NCBI GenBank assembly: GCA_030248215.1
Contig: JASANG010003525.1
Coordinates: 62,001-126,000, forward strand
DNA length: 64,000 nucleotides
Direction: 5' to 3'
From: Enoplolaimus lenunculus
Lineage: Eukaryota
In this document: positions 38,401-50,329 of the stretch, piece after piece
Layout: each line of letters begins with the position of its first letter
Position numbering within the stretch: the stretch's first letter is position 1
The notes under the pieces: generated by a model
What the model was told of the DNA's origin: nothing
What the model saw: the letters and a program-made list of their open reading frames with translations, nothing else
Database searches by the model: none
Translations under genes and position numbers: made by a program

Positions 38401-41400
38401 GTCAACCAAGCATGAAAAAAGTCCCAAGGCAAGTCAACGAACAAGGGCAAATCCGTGTCAATGGCGGGCATTCCCAAGGGCACATGCGGACGGTGTGGTG
38501 GCAAAGATCATCGAGGCAACGATTGCCGTCACAAGACGACCACATGCAACTACTGCGGGATCATTGGTCACATCGAACGCATTTGCTTAAAAAAGAAAAA
38601 GGGCATTCAGGTGGCGGCTCAAGACAATTCTCAAGCCATAAAGGCAATCGTGACCATCGACACGGTTAATACGGTCAATTCAATTCCACGACTTCAACAA
38701 TCCGTCGAGATTCAAGGCCGTTTGTTCGATTTTGAGGTTGACACCGGGGCAAGTGACAATTTTTGTAGCGAGTCCGTGTGGTCCGAGCTGGGCAAACCCG
38801 CAATCGATATCGTGACGCACAGATACGAGGCTGCCACTGGCGATACAATTGCGGTCAAAGGTCGTTTTCAAACAACTGCCAGGATTCCTGATTCAAATGC
38901 TCAAACTGTGGCGTTCACGGTTACTTCGCAGCCCAATCTCAATATCATTGGCCGAAGCGGTATTGTCGCATTGGGAATCAACGTCAACTCGATGTTAGCA
39001 GCGCTGACGACGGTTTCACTATGCCGCAACGTCAACAGCATTCAAAACAACGCTGCAAATTTTCGAGCTCTACAACAAGCGTGCCGACAATTGTGCGAGG
39101 AGTTCCCACAGGTGTTCAAGTCCGAGCTCGGTTGCCTACGAGGGTTGCAGCTCGATATTCAATTCAAGGACGACGCACGTCCAATATTCTGCAAACCGCG
39201 AACAGTTCCGTTAGCAATTCGAGACGAGTTTTGGCAACCAACAAGCTTCAACGAATGGGGTACCCCTGTGGTACCGATCCGCAAGGCGCTTCTTCCGGGT
39301 CAATCAACTGCCAAGATTAGAGTGTGCGGCGACTATTCGGTGACAGTAAACCCTCAATTGGAGGATCATCGACATCCAATTCCACTGCCTGAGGAGCTTA
39401 TGCGCCGGCTGCAAGGTGGTTTTGGATTTACAAAAATATATTTGGCGGATGCCTACAACCAGATCGAGTTATCAACGGACATCCAGAAGAAGCTCGCATT
39501 GAGCACTCACCGTGGCGTACTGCTTCAGCGACGACTGCCGTTTGGGATCAAATCTGCTCCGGGATACTTCCAACAAATAATGGATCAATTGACTGCAGAT
39601 CTCAGTGGTGTTGCCGTCTACTTGGACGACATTCTGGTCAGCGGCAAGGACGCAAGAGATCATATGGCAAATCTCCGGGCATTACTCCAACGTCTAGACG
39701 ATAAAGGCTTGCGATGCCGCCTTGAAAAATGCTCATTTGCTGAACCTGAAGTCGAATACCTCGGTCACTGTTTGACTCAGAGCGGTACGGCGAAGGGCAA
39801 AAAGGTCGACGCAGTTCAACAGATGCCTCCTCCGCAGGACATATCCTCTCTCCAATCGTTTTTGGGATCCATCCAGTTTTACGGGAAATTTCTTCCGAAA
39901 TTGGCAACAATCGCCGAACCACTCAATCGCTTACGGAAGAAAAACAGCCTTTCGTTTGGGGAACCGAGCAACAGGCAGCATTCGACAAACTGAAGAGCCT
40001 ATTGTCAACAAATGTTATACTGGCTCACTTTGATCCCTCGCTTACTCTCGGTATGTCTTGCGACGCTTCAAATGTCGGCATCGGAGCCGTGCTTTTTCAT
40101 CGTTATCCTGATGGTAGCGAACGACCAATATATAACGTATCAAAAACGTTGTCTGAGTCCCAAAAGCGCTATAGTCAAGTCCAGAAAGAAGCATTGTCGA
40201 TTGTCTACGGCCTGCACAAGTTTCACCATTATCTATATGGACGCAAGTTTGTGCTAGCTACTGATCACAAGCCGTTAGTGGCAATGTTTGGGTCTCACAA
40301 ACAAACACCGGTCATGGCCGCCAATCGCTTGGCACGTTGGGCCACTACTCTTCACCAGTACGACTACGATATCGAGTATCGGAAAACCTCAGATCACGGA
40401 AACGCCGATGCACTCAGTCGACTTCCAGCAAGTGAAGACGCCGACTTTGACAGCAAGGAGGGGGAGGCAGATGTCGATACTGTGTACACCATCTACCTCA
40501 TCGGGCGCCAAATTAATTCCGACGACAGTCTAGCGGTAGTGAAAGCAACAGCGGCGGATCCCGTTCTTACGACAGTCATACGGTTTACTAGGGAGGGATG
40601 GCCCGGCGTACTGACAACAGAAGTTCACAGCAACCTGCGATATACGGTTGCCGACTTCAAACGCGTGGCCGATTCATTATCCGTTTCAAATGGATGTTTG
40701 TTCTACGGTAGCCGGTTGGTGGTTCCGGAAACTCTCCAACCACATGTACTGCAACTTCTACATGTGGGACACTTTGGAATTCAGCGTATGAAGCAGCTGG
40801 CGCGAACAGCAGTATATTGGCCTCGCCTGGACACTGATATCGTTCATCAAGGGCAAACGTGCAATACGTGCGCGGAACATCAGAATAAACCTCCTAAAGT
40901 AGCAAATCATCCATGGATGCTGCCAGAAAAGTCTTGGAGCCGACTTCATCTGGACCATGCGATCAATTTTCTTGGTTCTAACTGGCTGGTCATCACAGAT
41001 GCGTATTCAAAGTACCCGTGCATCCACCCAACCGGTGCGATCACCGCCAAAGCAACAACGGAGCTATTAGCCGAGGATTTTGCTCATTTCGGTTACCCAC
41101 ACACCTTGGTAACTGACAACGCTCCAACATTCAAATCGGAAGAGTTTCAGTCATGGTGTAAGGTGCGCGGGATAATTCACCTCACAGGAGCACCATACCA
41201 TCCGGAAACAAATGGATCTGCCGAGCGGTTGGTTCAAACCTTCAAGCAGTCCCTGAAGAAATCCAGTCTGCCCCCAAAACCAGCGCTTCAACAATTTCTA
41301 ATGCAATATCGACGCACACCCCTAGCTTCGGGGTTTTCTCCGAGCGAACTATTGAACGGACGACAGATTCGAACACAAGTTGACGCATTGGCTCCTTCTC

Positions 41401-44400
41401 CAGCGCACATTGCTCAAAGCCGTCAATGTCGTGAGAACAACCGGAGCGAGAAACCTATTGAGTCAGTAAACCTCATTTACAAGAAAGGAACACCGTGTTA
41501 CGCTCTATATTGCGGTCCACGACGCGACAAAGATCCGCGATGGGTTCCTGCGATCGTCACCAAAGTATTTGGCCCTCGAAGTGTCAACGTCCGCGTGTTC
41601 CCAAAAGGACCGGTATGGCGTCGACACATTGAACAGCTACGACCTCGGTTTGGGGTGAAGGAGGACAGCGATCCGGGCGACAGTCCACCTGAGAATAAAC
41701 CCACAAACAATTGTGAAAAATCCTTTCAATCGGTCGACCCGACAAAGAGATCAAGTCCGCGCCAACCGATTGGCGATGAATACGGTAGGCATAATCCCCG
41801 ACGTTCTAAGAGAAATCGAAAACCAGTCAGCTGCAAGGTGTGTCCCTAGCAAGCGAAGGTGGTGGCCTCAATTCCGGCCGAGAGGTGACGTGATCATCAC
41901 GTGAATAACGACATCATTTGCATATGAAATATGATATAATATGTACAATTCGGAGGCAATTATGATTGAGTCATGCGTAGGTGGACTGATATATATACCT
42001 CAAATTTTGAGGATGATTTGTTTTGTGAATTCTGTGGTTTGGTGTTCTGTTAGTAAACTTAGTTTTCTTGCACTCATCCTTCAAGAACACAACACCTTAC
42101 TTAAGTATTTACTTAAGTTATACTTAAGTAATTACTTAAATCGCCGACTTAAGTAAATACTTAACCTTTTAACAAACGAATAAGCTCCAAATGTGAGCCA
42201 TGGTCATAACAATAAAACAATAGCTTTTGCTTTATATTAACGGAGGCGTCATCAGTCTTTAATTCCAGTAGACCAAGCTAAGTATACTTGAACTGTTAAT
42301 CTGTAATATACCAAATTTGTTCAGCGACTTAAGTATTTACTTACCTTAAGTATGCTTCTAAAAACGACAAAATGGTTAAGTAACTACTTAGCATGTACTT
42401 AAGTACTAAGTCGTACTTAAGTAGGATTTTCGAAACCGAGCCATTATTTCTCACTGAAATTTTGTTGAAAGACAACAACAAAAGCACATTTTTACAGCGC
42501 GGTAACCTATAGAAGTAAAAAAACTTTATCGCTCTCTATACTCGCTCGCAAAAAAAAACTTTTTGACATGATTATCACGTTTCGAAATGAAATTATCACT
42601 ACGCCCTTGAAGCTACTTGGGCTGTTGTAGACTTTCCTGCCCAGTTAAGGATTTACAGTTTAGGCTTATATATAAACAAACTGAATCTCTTATGAGTTAT
42701 CAAAATGCGAAATTAAATGCTTAATTTCAAATACCGAGTTCATGGGGAACTTCGTGACAAACAAGGGCAATCGTAGTTGAAAGGCCAAGAGTAAGCGAAG
42801 ATGCAAACGACGCGCCGAGTGCTAAGCCGTCGGCGAAATTGTGCAACGCACCGCCAAAAATGATCATAAATACTACTGGTTTCAGACCTGAAATGATTGT
42901 GATTAGATACAGAAAATTAGTTGAGCAATGTTAAAAAAATTAGCCTAAAGCCCCATTCACGCGAGCAAGTGTTTGTTGCGAGAACATGCAGCTGCAAATT
43001 GCACGCAGAACTGGCATTTTTTCATCAGCCAATGCAGAAAGCGGCTGCAATAAATTCAGTGAACTTGCACGGTTATTCACACGTGTGAATTAAATTCTCA
43101 GCTATGATTTTTAATGATTAGCTGCTGCAAGTTTTTCGAACGGGATTTTGGACAAAACTTGCAGGTGCCACTAGCGGATACAGAGGAAGGAGGCGGTGAA
43201 GGGGCGGGCACCCCCCCGTTAGAAATTTTTTCTGTGTTAAAATGGTAAGGTCTCTACCCCACAATTTTTCCCCTCGAAATATTTTTGGAAAACATCATTT
43301 TTCCCGCAGAATTTTTTGTGATAAAATATTAAGGTCCCTGCCTTGCAGTTTTTCGCCTTCAGAAAATTTTGTTGTATAAAATGATAAGGATCCTACCTTG
43401 CATTTTTTGCGTTTCATAACATTTGCCAGCCCGCCCGTCCTCCGTCAAAAAATTTTGGATCCACCTCTGGCAAGTGCAAGTTGCAGCTGCAAGTTCTCGC
43501 AGTAAAAACTTGCACGTGTGAATAGGGCTTATAATATATATAACATACCCTTGCACATTTCCTAAACATTCATGTGTCACAGGTTATGGAGTCCCAGGGG
43601 AGCAGCAGCTAATCCACAAACATTGAGGAGCCGCATACCCTGGGGGTGCCATATATATCGGCGTAAAAAACCTCGCAAACGAAACGATAGTGAAGCCGAG
43701 TGCACTTTTAGTAATTTGAAAAATAGGCATGGACCTTACTAACCTTACTATTTTTTATAGAACTTTTCATTCGTTTTGCGTAATATTTTTTGACTTTTAA
43801 AACGAAAGGATCCGGCCTTTCTGCCCCCACCCAGCTGTTGCTTCGTTGTTCAGTTCCAGCCATATCCGCTCTGTCGTTTCTAGCTGCGAAAAAAGAAACA
43901 GGCCTGGTGTTTTAGACGATTCCTAATAACCATCTGCAAACAGGGCTGTAGACATTGTAAAACATGGTTTGCCAGTCAGTATTACAGTTTTGTAGCTTCA
44001 ACAAGCAGTAACTTCGAAAGAGTAACTGATTTTTAACATCAGTTGACTTTATAACCTACGTTCAAATTTACCAAATAAAACCTGAAATCTCAACTATAAT
44101 TGTATATAGCTTACGATCACTTCGCAGATATATGCTATGCAGAGTGCAACCGGGATTCCGGTTCTGGTTGGGGTATCTGGTATTTTTCACTATACGGTTC
44201 CGGTAATAAATCCGGTTTTTTACCCGAATTTCCGGAATTTTCGGTATTGAAAATTTCTCTCATTTGAAAATTTAAGACAAATATAGTATATTATTCTAAT
44301 ATTTTTCTAAAATTATCTGAGCGTGTATTGCCAAAATTATCAATACTTGTCCTACTCTATAATTTATCATACGTTTCCCAGCTTCTGCATTTGTTTGGAG

Positions 44401-47400
44401 GGATTTGACATTCTCTATGGTGTGTTTACACCATTAAAAGTGATGAATAGCTTTAAAATGAACTTTTCGGTAACAACTGTTTTTGTTTTCCGGATGCGGT
44501 ATTTTTTAACGTTCCTATTCCGGCATCTTATAATTCCGTTACCATCCTGCTGCCGGGAGGCTGCAAAAATCTGCCTACACTTGAATTTTGTATTATAAAA
44601 TGCGTGTGAAAATCAACAGCAAAGGCAAAAAACATGACTTACCGCAAATATTTCTTGATCCAATAACATCAATAATGCCACCGACTGCGTGTGAATGTAA
44701 ATGTTGATGAGCATCGAACACTTGAATTTTCTGTCCCGTCTGCAATAAAAATATTTTTTTAAAAACTGTATTCTCAAATGTGTACAGCACCTATCTCCCA
44801 CTGAAAGTGGAACAAGGAACTCAACTGATACTAAATATACAAAAATACCAAAAGTAGCTAAGTTTACCACAAGCTTCTATAGAACTATTTATACCAGCGG
44901 TCAAGACAGCTCATTTGGTCATGTTTCACGGCACTCGTTCTCCGTGTGATCTGGTCCTTGAACTTTATTAAAAGTTCCTGCGGATTTTTTCAACTCAAGT
45001 ATGATACATCCGGCAAAGCTTTTGTAATTCTTGAGGAGACCCCATACTTTGGTTTAGGCGTAGGATGTAGACTAGGCTTAGACTAGGCTTTGGCGTTCCC
45101 TTTAGTCTTATGATTAGGCTTTTACTTTTGAATTAGCTTCGGGTTTGGCTCATAAATTCAACAGTATATATGCGATTCCACTTAGTTTGTCGAGCTAGGA
45201 CAAATTGTGTTATATTTATAGTCATGAATAGGAGGCATTATGAGAAATTTAAAAATTCAAAAAATTTTAAAATCCACCCTTGTTTGGGTAGTAGTCGGCT
45301 GGCTGCCACTTAACAGAAACGAACCGGCTTTTACCAAAGAAATTTGCTTCCTGTGTTTTGGCTGTTATGAAATTTTTTTGCGGCTTGGAAGAAGTGTCGG
45401 CTGATGCAAAGCAACTGCTTCTGTAACTTAATTTTTCTTGCTAAATTTACCGACAACTTTGCTGTATGACTCATACGTCGACGTTGCATCGGAGTACCAG
45501 TGATCGGTTTTGGATCATATCCATCATAATCTTCGTCTTCTTCGTCTGTTGAGCTTGAATTCTTTGTCGTTTTTGTCAATCTTCCGTTGTGTCGTTGTGT
45601 GCCATTACTGTACTGTCCAACGCCTCCCATTTCTACATCTCGTTCCACTGTTTCGTCTCCTAGTGAAATTACTGACATACCAGTTGGCGTTATTCCACCA
45701 GTGTCTGGTGTCAAACCGCCGTTGTTCCGACGCCCGTCTTGTTTCCGTGCGTCATTTCCCCGGGCATCGAGTTTCAGTGCGTTATTTTCACGGTTGTTTG
45801 TGACGTTTGAATCGGTTTTCGACTGAGATTCGAATGAATTGTACAACGGAGGAGGTTCGTTGGAATCTGGTTCGACGATTTTGACATCAGGCACATTCTC
45901 AGGATGAACCGACCATTTTTTCTTGGGTGGGCCCTAAAATTAAGGACCATAAAAGACGTTTTGTTGTCTGAACAACAGTGCTGGAGCGGACAGAGGCGGG
46001 GCATTCCCCGAAACTACAGGCTGGGGCCCCCAAACCCGCGAGCGAAACGAGCCAGAAGCCAGACGCATTTTAAGACTTCGGCGGTTTTTGCGTTACAGTT
46101 GTGGCCCATTTAGGGGTGGAGACCGCCAAATGGGAAGTATGGGAGTGGCTGCTCCGACCCTGCTGGCCAATACTATCGACAACGCACGTTCAACGCAAAA
46201 AGTAAGTACGTACGTTCAAATAATTTAAACTTGAAATGAGCACAAGAATTTCAACAAGACATACCATGACAGTTTTCAACAAAACTTTATATTGTCCAGC
46301 TAATTTAAGAGGTCCCCACCAAATCTGAGTGTATTCCCCCGATTTAACCCCCCACCCATGAATTTAAGAGTAACGGTCAAGGTTTAATTTCAAACGAAAT
46401 AGCTTCGTTAACGCATGAAATTTTGATTCCGTCAGCTTATATTCAGTGTTTTTGCTGTTTTGCACTGCGATAAACATGAACTGGTGTCGTATTTGAAAAT
46501 TTTTCGGTGGAAGAAAATACTTTTTGGCATTTCGCAACTTTTTATAGTTTTAAAGCATGTTTTTTCAGCAAATTTTTTAACATTTTGATTGACCAAAAAA
46601 AGTGTTGAAACAACAAATGTTTTCAATTCTTGTTACATAATTTCGCCACATTTTTCACCAATTTGACTAAAAAACACACTTTGTGAGGTTCAAATAAACT
46701 AATTGCTTCGCAAAACGTTCCGCACGGTAGGTACGAGGGGGACGCAACACGCAATCTTCTGCACCTCCTGGATCCGCCACTGTAAATATACATATGCGTA
46801 TAAGGTTTAATCGAAACATATTAATATTGTGACATTTTTGTCCACGTCTTACATGACGAATTCGTAATGTGTACAGTCGAGCCAACGATTCAAATAAATA
46901 AAGTCCGTAAATTGTGACAACTGCAACCAACAACTTGTACATCCTGTCGTAGTGTTCTGCAACATCTTCAGGTGACTAAAATTAACAAATATATATAATG
47001 TATAGAACAGGGCCGGAACAACAGGATAAGCCTATTTCTAAGCCTAAAGCCTAAGCCTAAGCCTAAGCGTGAGCGCAAGGATGAGCCTATTCCTAAGCCG
47101 AAATTTAAGCCTAAGCAAAAAAGTTAGTCTAAAGCTTAAGATGACTCTATTACACCCCCGCAGAAAAACGTTCCAACCCTGTTCTATACCTGGGCCGACG
47201 GCGTCGTACGATAAGTATAGCGCAACCCTAAATTATTAAATATATCCACACACCTACCGTAAAAGCTGCAAAGGTCGATTTGCAGTGCTCAATCTATTAA
47301 TTATTAGCTCAAGGCTACAGGCAGACTGAAAGCTAAGAGCGTCAAGGCCGCAACGGTTTTGGAAACATTTATTGAAGCAAAGCAAACACTTGTTTTTCAA

Positions 47401-50329
47401 AGAAAACAAGGTAACGGACAACGATGACAAAATTATTAAGAAAAAACTATATTCATTGTAGAGCCAGAGCAGCCACCCATGCCCCATTTGAGGGGGCCCA
47501 CCCGTAAAGATGCGCCTACCCTATCCGGTTGAACAAACACCGCCGAAGTAATTAAAATGCGTCGGGCTACTCGCTTGCTTCGTGCGAGCTTGAGGGTTCC
47601 ACCTTGGAGTTTGGCGGGATCCCAGAACCCTGTCTGCTCCGGCACTGCTTCATTGATTGAACCAAAAATAGCATTTATTTGCACACACAATGCACAGTTG
47701 ATGTGTCTGCCAAGCCAAAATCCTGTCTACTCACTAACCCCATGCGAGTGTCCATGATCAGCATCTCTCTTCGCTCGACCGTGGCTGTGTCCTTCTGGTC
47801 CATGCGAGTGCCCGTGGTCATCTTCGGATTTTTCCACCGTCGCTTTGAGACCTCTATCGGCAAGTTCAACGGCTACTGCGTTACCAAACGACTTCAGAGA
47901 CGCATCATTTGCAGCACTGACGTCACCATTGTCTTCACAAGACGTTCCGCCATGACTGTGAATGCCGAGCATCTGAAAACAGTGACTGTATTCTCAAATG
48001 TGTGTAACACCTATCACCAGTTGATACTACTATTTCTATTAATATAATTACGCATCTACAATAATGTCTGTGCTAATCACAGGAGTTTGCCGCACTAATC
48101 AGTTGGTACTATTTCAAAATACTGAGCATTCAAAAATACTGCCTGTATTCCTACATTTGTGTAGCGCATATTATAAGTTAGTAATACAACTTTAACCTTT
48201 TGGGTTAAAAATGGTCAACTTAGCAATTTCGCAGATTTTAACTGCAATTTGTTAACTCGCTGTATATATTGAGATTGCTTACTTGCGATAGATGTTATTT
48301 ATACTTAGTTAACAGTACAGCTCTAGGTTATAGCTATTTTGCTTATGTTAATTAGCTTTTGGGTTTCAAAAGTGTAAGCTTGAAAATTCTGCTAATTTTT
48401 TGCATGAAAACACAATAACTTGTTAATGCCAGATGTTCAGCGTGGGATGTGGGTAAGGATTTTTTCACCCGACTCGTGCTTTACCTACGCAAACAACAAT
48501 TATTTAGTCGCGGGTATACCCGCGCAAAAAAGATCTACCAACTACCCACCTTTTTTACCCGCGCCTGAAGTCAAACCAGTATCTTAAAGATCTCTGGTGA
48601 TTCGAGCTTTAATGAAGTTTTACGATGTAGCTTCAGCGAATTTTACAAATAAAATTTTACTAGAAAGAACAGAATCTCAAACTCAGCTAAATAAAGCACG
48701 GGCAGCACCTGACCAGAAATAAAACAGACAACAGCGTAAATTTTCCACCTTAAAACTTAAAAGTTTGCCGCGGGCAAAAATTGTGAATTGTTTACCTGCG
48801 TGATAAAAATCTTTACCTGCGGGTATACCCGCGCCTGAAATTCTTCACCCGACCCGTGTTTACCCGCGGGTAAGCGCGCGCGGGTATCCGCGGGTAATGT
48901 CCCACTCTGCAGATGTTCACATTTTCATAAAATAGAAAAATGAGCGCACGTTACTTTTAGTGCGTCCCGGTTTCTGATGGCACGGCAACAGGGTTGTTGT
49001 TGGAGTTTAGACGACATTTTTGGCTTAGGCTTACGCTTAAAAATTTACACTATTTTCAACGCCCAGGCTTAGGTTTAGAATTACGCTTAATTTACATATA
49101 TACAACTCTAAACGTAACATTAGTGGGGAAAATGTATAGCAAAGTGATATAGATCGCCTACCTGTGGGACCAAATGAAGTAACGCATCAGCAGCCATGGT
49201 TCCAACTGCGAGGGCCATGAAAAAGATCATTGCTCGTTTGAATCCTTTTTTGGCCATAAACGGGATTGTAAGGGCACCAATGAATGATGACCCGCTGATT
49301 ACAAGCACCGCAATTGTTCCGAACAAATATGCTAAAACATACGGAAAGTATTTGCTGAGCATAATGGACCCATAATCAAGAACAGGAGCGGAATGTTTTC
49401 CTGTGTGACTGGAATAGACTAAGAATAAGGTTTAGACTAATTTTTTTTGCTTAGGCTTAGGCTCATGTATAAGCGCATTCTTACGCTTAGGCATAGGTTT
49501 AGCAATTGGCGCATACTACTGCATCCCAACCATCGTTGTATATATTGGCCGCAAATTGTTATAGAAATTGCTCAAAATATTACAGTCAAACCTGTATATA
49601 CGCACTGTGCAATTTGATACACAATAATAAAGTCAATTTCCAAATTTTAGCCGCTTTTAAATATTTTAACGCAGTTTGAAAGCATCAATTAAAAATTAGC
49701 AAAATGGTGAGACACATTTACACTCTGAGCTAAGCTTAAATCGTTGACGAATATGAGTAAACTTAAAAATATTTTGAACAAATTTAAAATACCAGTCTTC
49801 AGCTGGTTTCGGCCAAATAATACCATTCAACTTCAGGTATGTTGTATTAAAATAAATTATTAATAAAGCAGAAAAAAGTGAAATTTCAAAAAATATTTAA
49901 CGCAAAAACAAATCGGTGAACACAAATTTGTGTACATCTGATATTTCTTGGATTACCAGTAGCAGCATAGCCAGTGGTGGGAGGGCTTGGGGGCCATGGA
50001 CCACACAGTGGTTTTGGAAAAATTTCGTTTTCAAATAAATTGAAACTATGATTTGCGTTTATTCTCGTTACAGTTGTTGGTGGTTTTGTTATTCTGAACC
50101 GACGTTGCTTTAACGGTATATGTATCAAAATTTATTTTCTCACTCGTTGTTGCGCATGTAACTGTTTTTGTACGATTACTACACTATATATTTAACGTGT
50201 CTGTGTGCCCTTAAACGGGAATTCTGGCTGCGCCCATGCATGTAGCATACTGGATTTCCAAAAAATCTACAAATACGCCGGTTATATATATTTGGTTGGC
50301 TTACTTTGCCATGTTTCTGGTTTTCCCAT
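35311..50329 (-). CDS. SLC39A: LIV-1 subfamily ZIP zinc/metal transporter (SLC39A; ZIP4/ZIP12-like), 9 coding exons, 534 aa
   Basis: Exons (minus strand): 50329-50305, 49331-49162, 47972-47739, 46975-46853, 45933-45451, 44739-44643, 42887-42735, 37351-37164, 35442-35311. All introns are GT-AG with matching phases; total 1605 nt = 534 aa + TAA. Contains TM2 [20 protein letters not shown]4 [14 protein letters not shown], the LIV-1 signature [15 protein letters not shown] and C-terminal LIAFYEDQI. The symbol is family-level only. Confidence 0.93.
35484..35709. mobile_element. ~220-bp MITE; copies ~19586-19808 and ~51604-51826
   Basis: TIR-like cc(c/g)tattctcaaatg...catttgagaatacgg; shared interior tatagcac(t/c)tatcaccagtt. 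Confidence 0.7.
37164..37351 (-). CDS. ZIP exon 8 (TM5 end to TM7)
   Basis: tatttcag|GAGATT ... GCCATG|gtaagt; [19 protein letters not shown]...[18 protein letters not shown]. Confidence 0.95.
37457..37585 (+). repeat. 5' LTR (5'-truncated)
   Basis: Identical by eye to the last ~129 bp of the 3' LTR; ends CAACA; TATA-like tatatata near 37481. Confidence 0.9.
37661..41849 (+). pseudogene. gag-pol polyprotein split into three ORFs (37661-38590, 38455-39993, 40002-41849)
   Basis: -1 frameshifts at A-runs near 38415 and 39940. RT motif reads [10 protein letters not shown] where the catalytic Asp is expected. Apparent in-frame deletion at [12 protein letters not shown] (~39228). Confidence 0.85.
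41886..42094 (+). repeat. 3' LTR (~209 bp, TG...CA)
   Basis: Starts TGACGTGATC after ccggccgagagg; start is an imperfect inverted repeat of the end (AAGAACACAACA). Confidence 0.8.
42095..42442. mobile_element. cttaagta-rich MITE split by the Gypsy element (left end 37439-37456); second copy from ~63299 to window end
   Basis: Rejoined gcctgggtttctgaaaccttacttaagta is the inverted repeat of tacttaagtaggattttcgaaaccgagcc; colinear with 63299-64000. Confidence 0.8.
42735..42887 (-). CDS. ZIP exon 7 (TM4-TM5 metal site)
   Basis: catttcag|GTCTGA ... AACTCG|gtattt; [52 protein letters not shown]. Confidence 0.95.
42949..43529. mobile_element. Harbinger-like MITE carrying a nested hAT-like MITE (43169-43469); uninterrupted copy 36507-36804
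   Basis: TIR agccccattcac(a/g)cg; TAA flanks in the 36507 copy; inner TSD gcaggtgc/gcaagtgc. Confidence 0.75.
44643..44739 (-). CDS. ZIP exon 6 (cytoplasmic His motif HQHLHSH)
   Basis: ttattgcag|ACGGGA ... TTTGCG|gtaagt; phase 0 to phase 1. Confidence 0.85.
45451..45933 (-). CDS. ZIP exon 5 (long cytoplasmic TM3-TM4 loop)
   Basis: attttag|GGCCCA ... TTGTCG|gtaaat; 161 codons, phase 0-0, overlaps ORF 45331-45894. Confidence 0.85.
46853..46975 (-). CDS. ZIP exon 4 (TM3)
   Basis: aattttag|TCACCT ... CGTCAT|gtaaga; [41 protein letters not shown]. Confidence 0.9.
47739..47972 (-). CDS. ZIP exon 3 (His-rich TM2-TM3 loop)
   Basis: gttttcag|ATGCTC ... CATGGG|gttagt; MLGIHSHG...[26 protein letters not shown]. 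Confidence 0.9.
48438..48909. mobile_element. hAT-like MITE rich in cgcgggta motifs; second copy ~35751-36201
   Basis: cagcgtggga...tcccactctg ends; perfect 8-bp TSD cagatgtt. Confidence 0.8.
49162..49331 (-). CDS. ZIP exon 2 (TM1-TM2)
   Basis: ttttag|CATAT ... CCACAG|gtaggc; [18 protein letters not shown]...[18 protein letters not shown]. Confidence 0.93.
50305..50329 (-). CDS. ZIP exon 1 coding part (MGKPETWQ); exon probably starts at acceptor 50390
   Basis: atcatcATGG start context; donor CAAA|GTAAGC is phase 1 and joins exon 2 to give [15 protein letters not shown], which resembles the pre-TM1 segment of LIV-1 ZIPs. In-frame stops lie upstream in the same exon. Confidence 0.72.

Larger units (their letters stand above)
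37457..42094 (+). mobile_element. Ty3/Gypsy LTR retrotransposon (Mag-like), defective, antisense in ZIP intron 7
   Basis: Direct repeats 37457-37585 and 41966-42094; PBS-like TGGCGA near 37594; purine-rich tract before 41886. Domain order is gag (two CCHC knuckles), protease (VDTGA), RT (YLDD), RNase H (CDAS, TDHKPL), integrase (HHCC, D-D-E). Flanked by cctt/cctt. Confidence 0.95.

Noticed and set aside
38405..38425. Programmed -1 ribosomal frameshift between gag and pol
   Set aside because: No canonical in-frame X XXY YYZ heptamer, the shift precedes the Gag zinc knuckles, and a second identical lesion lies inside pol; better explained as a 1-bp deletion or consensus error.
45510..48047. 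Plus-strand ORFs 45510, 45587, 47557, 47679
   Set aside because: Antisense shadows of ZIP exons or MITE sequence.
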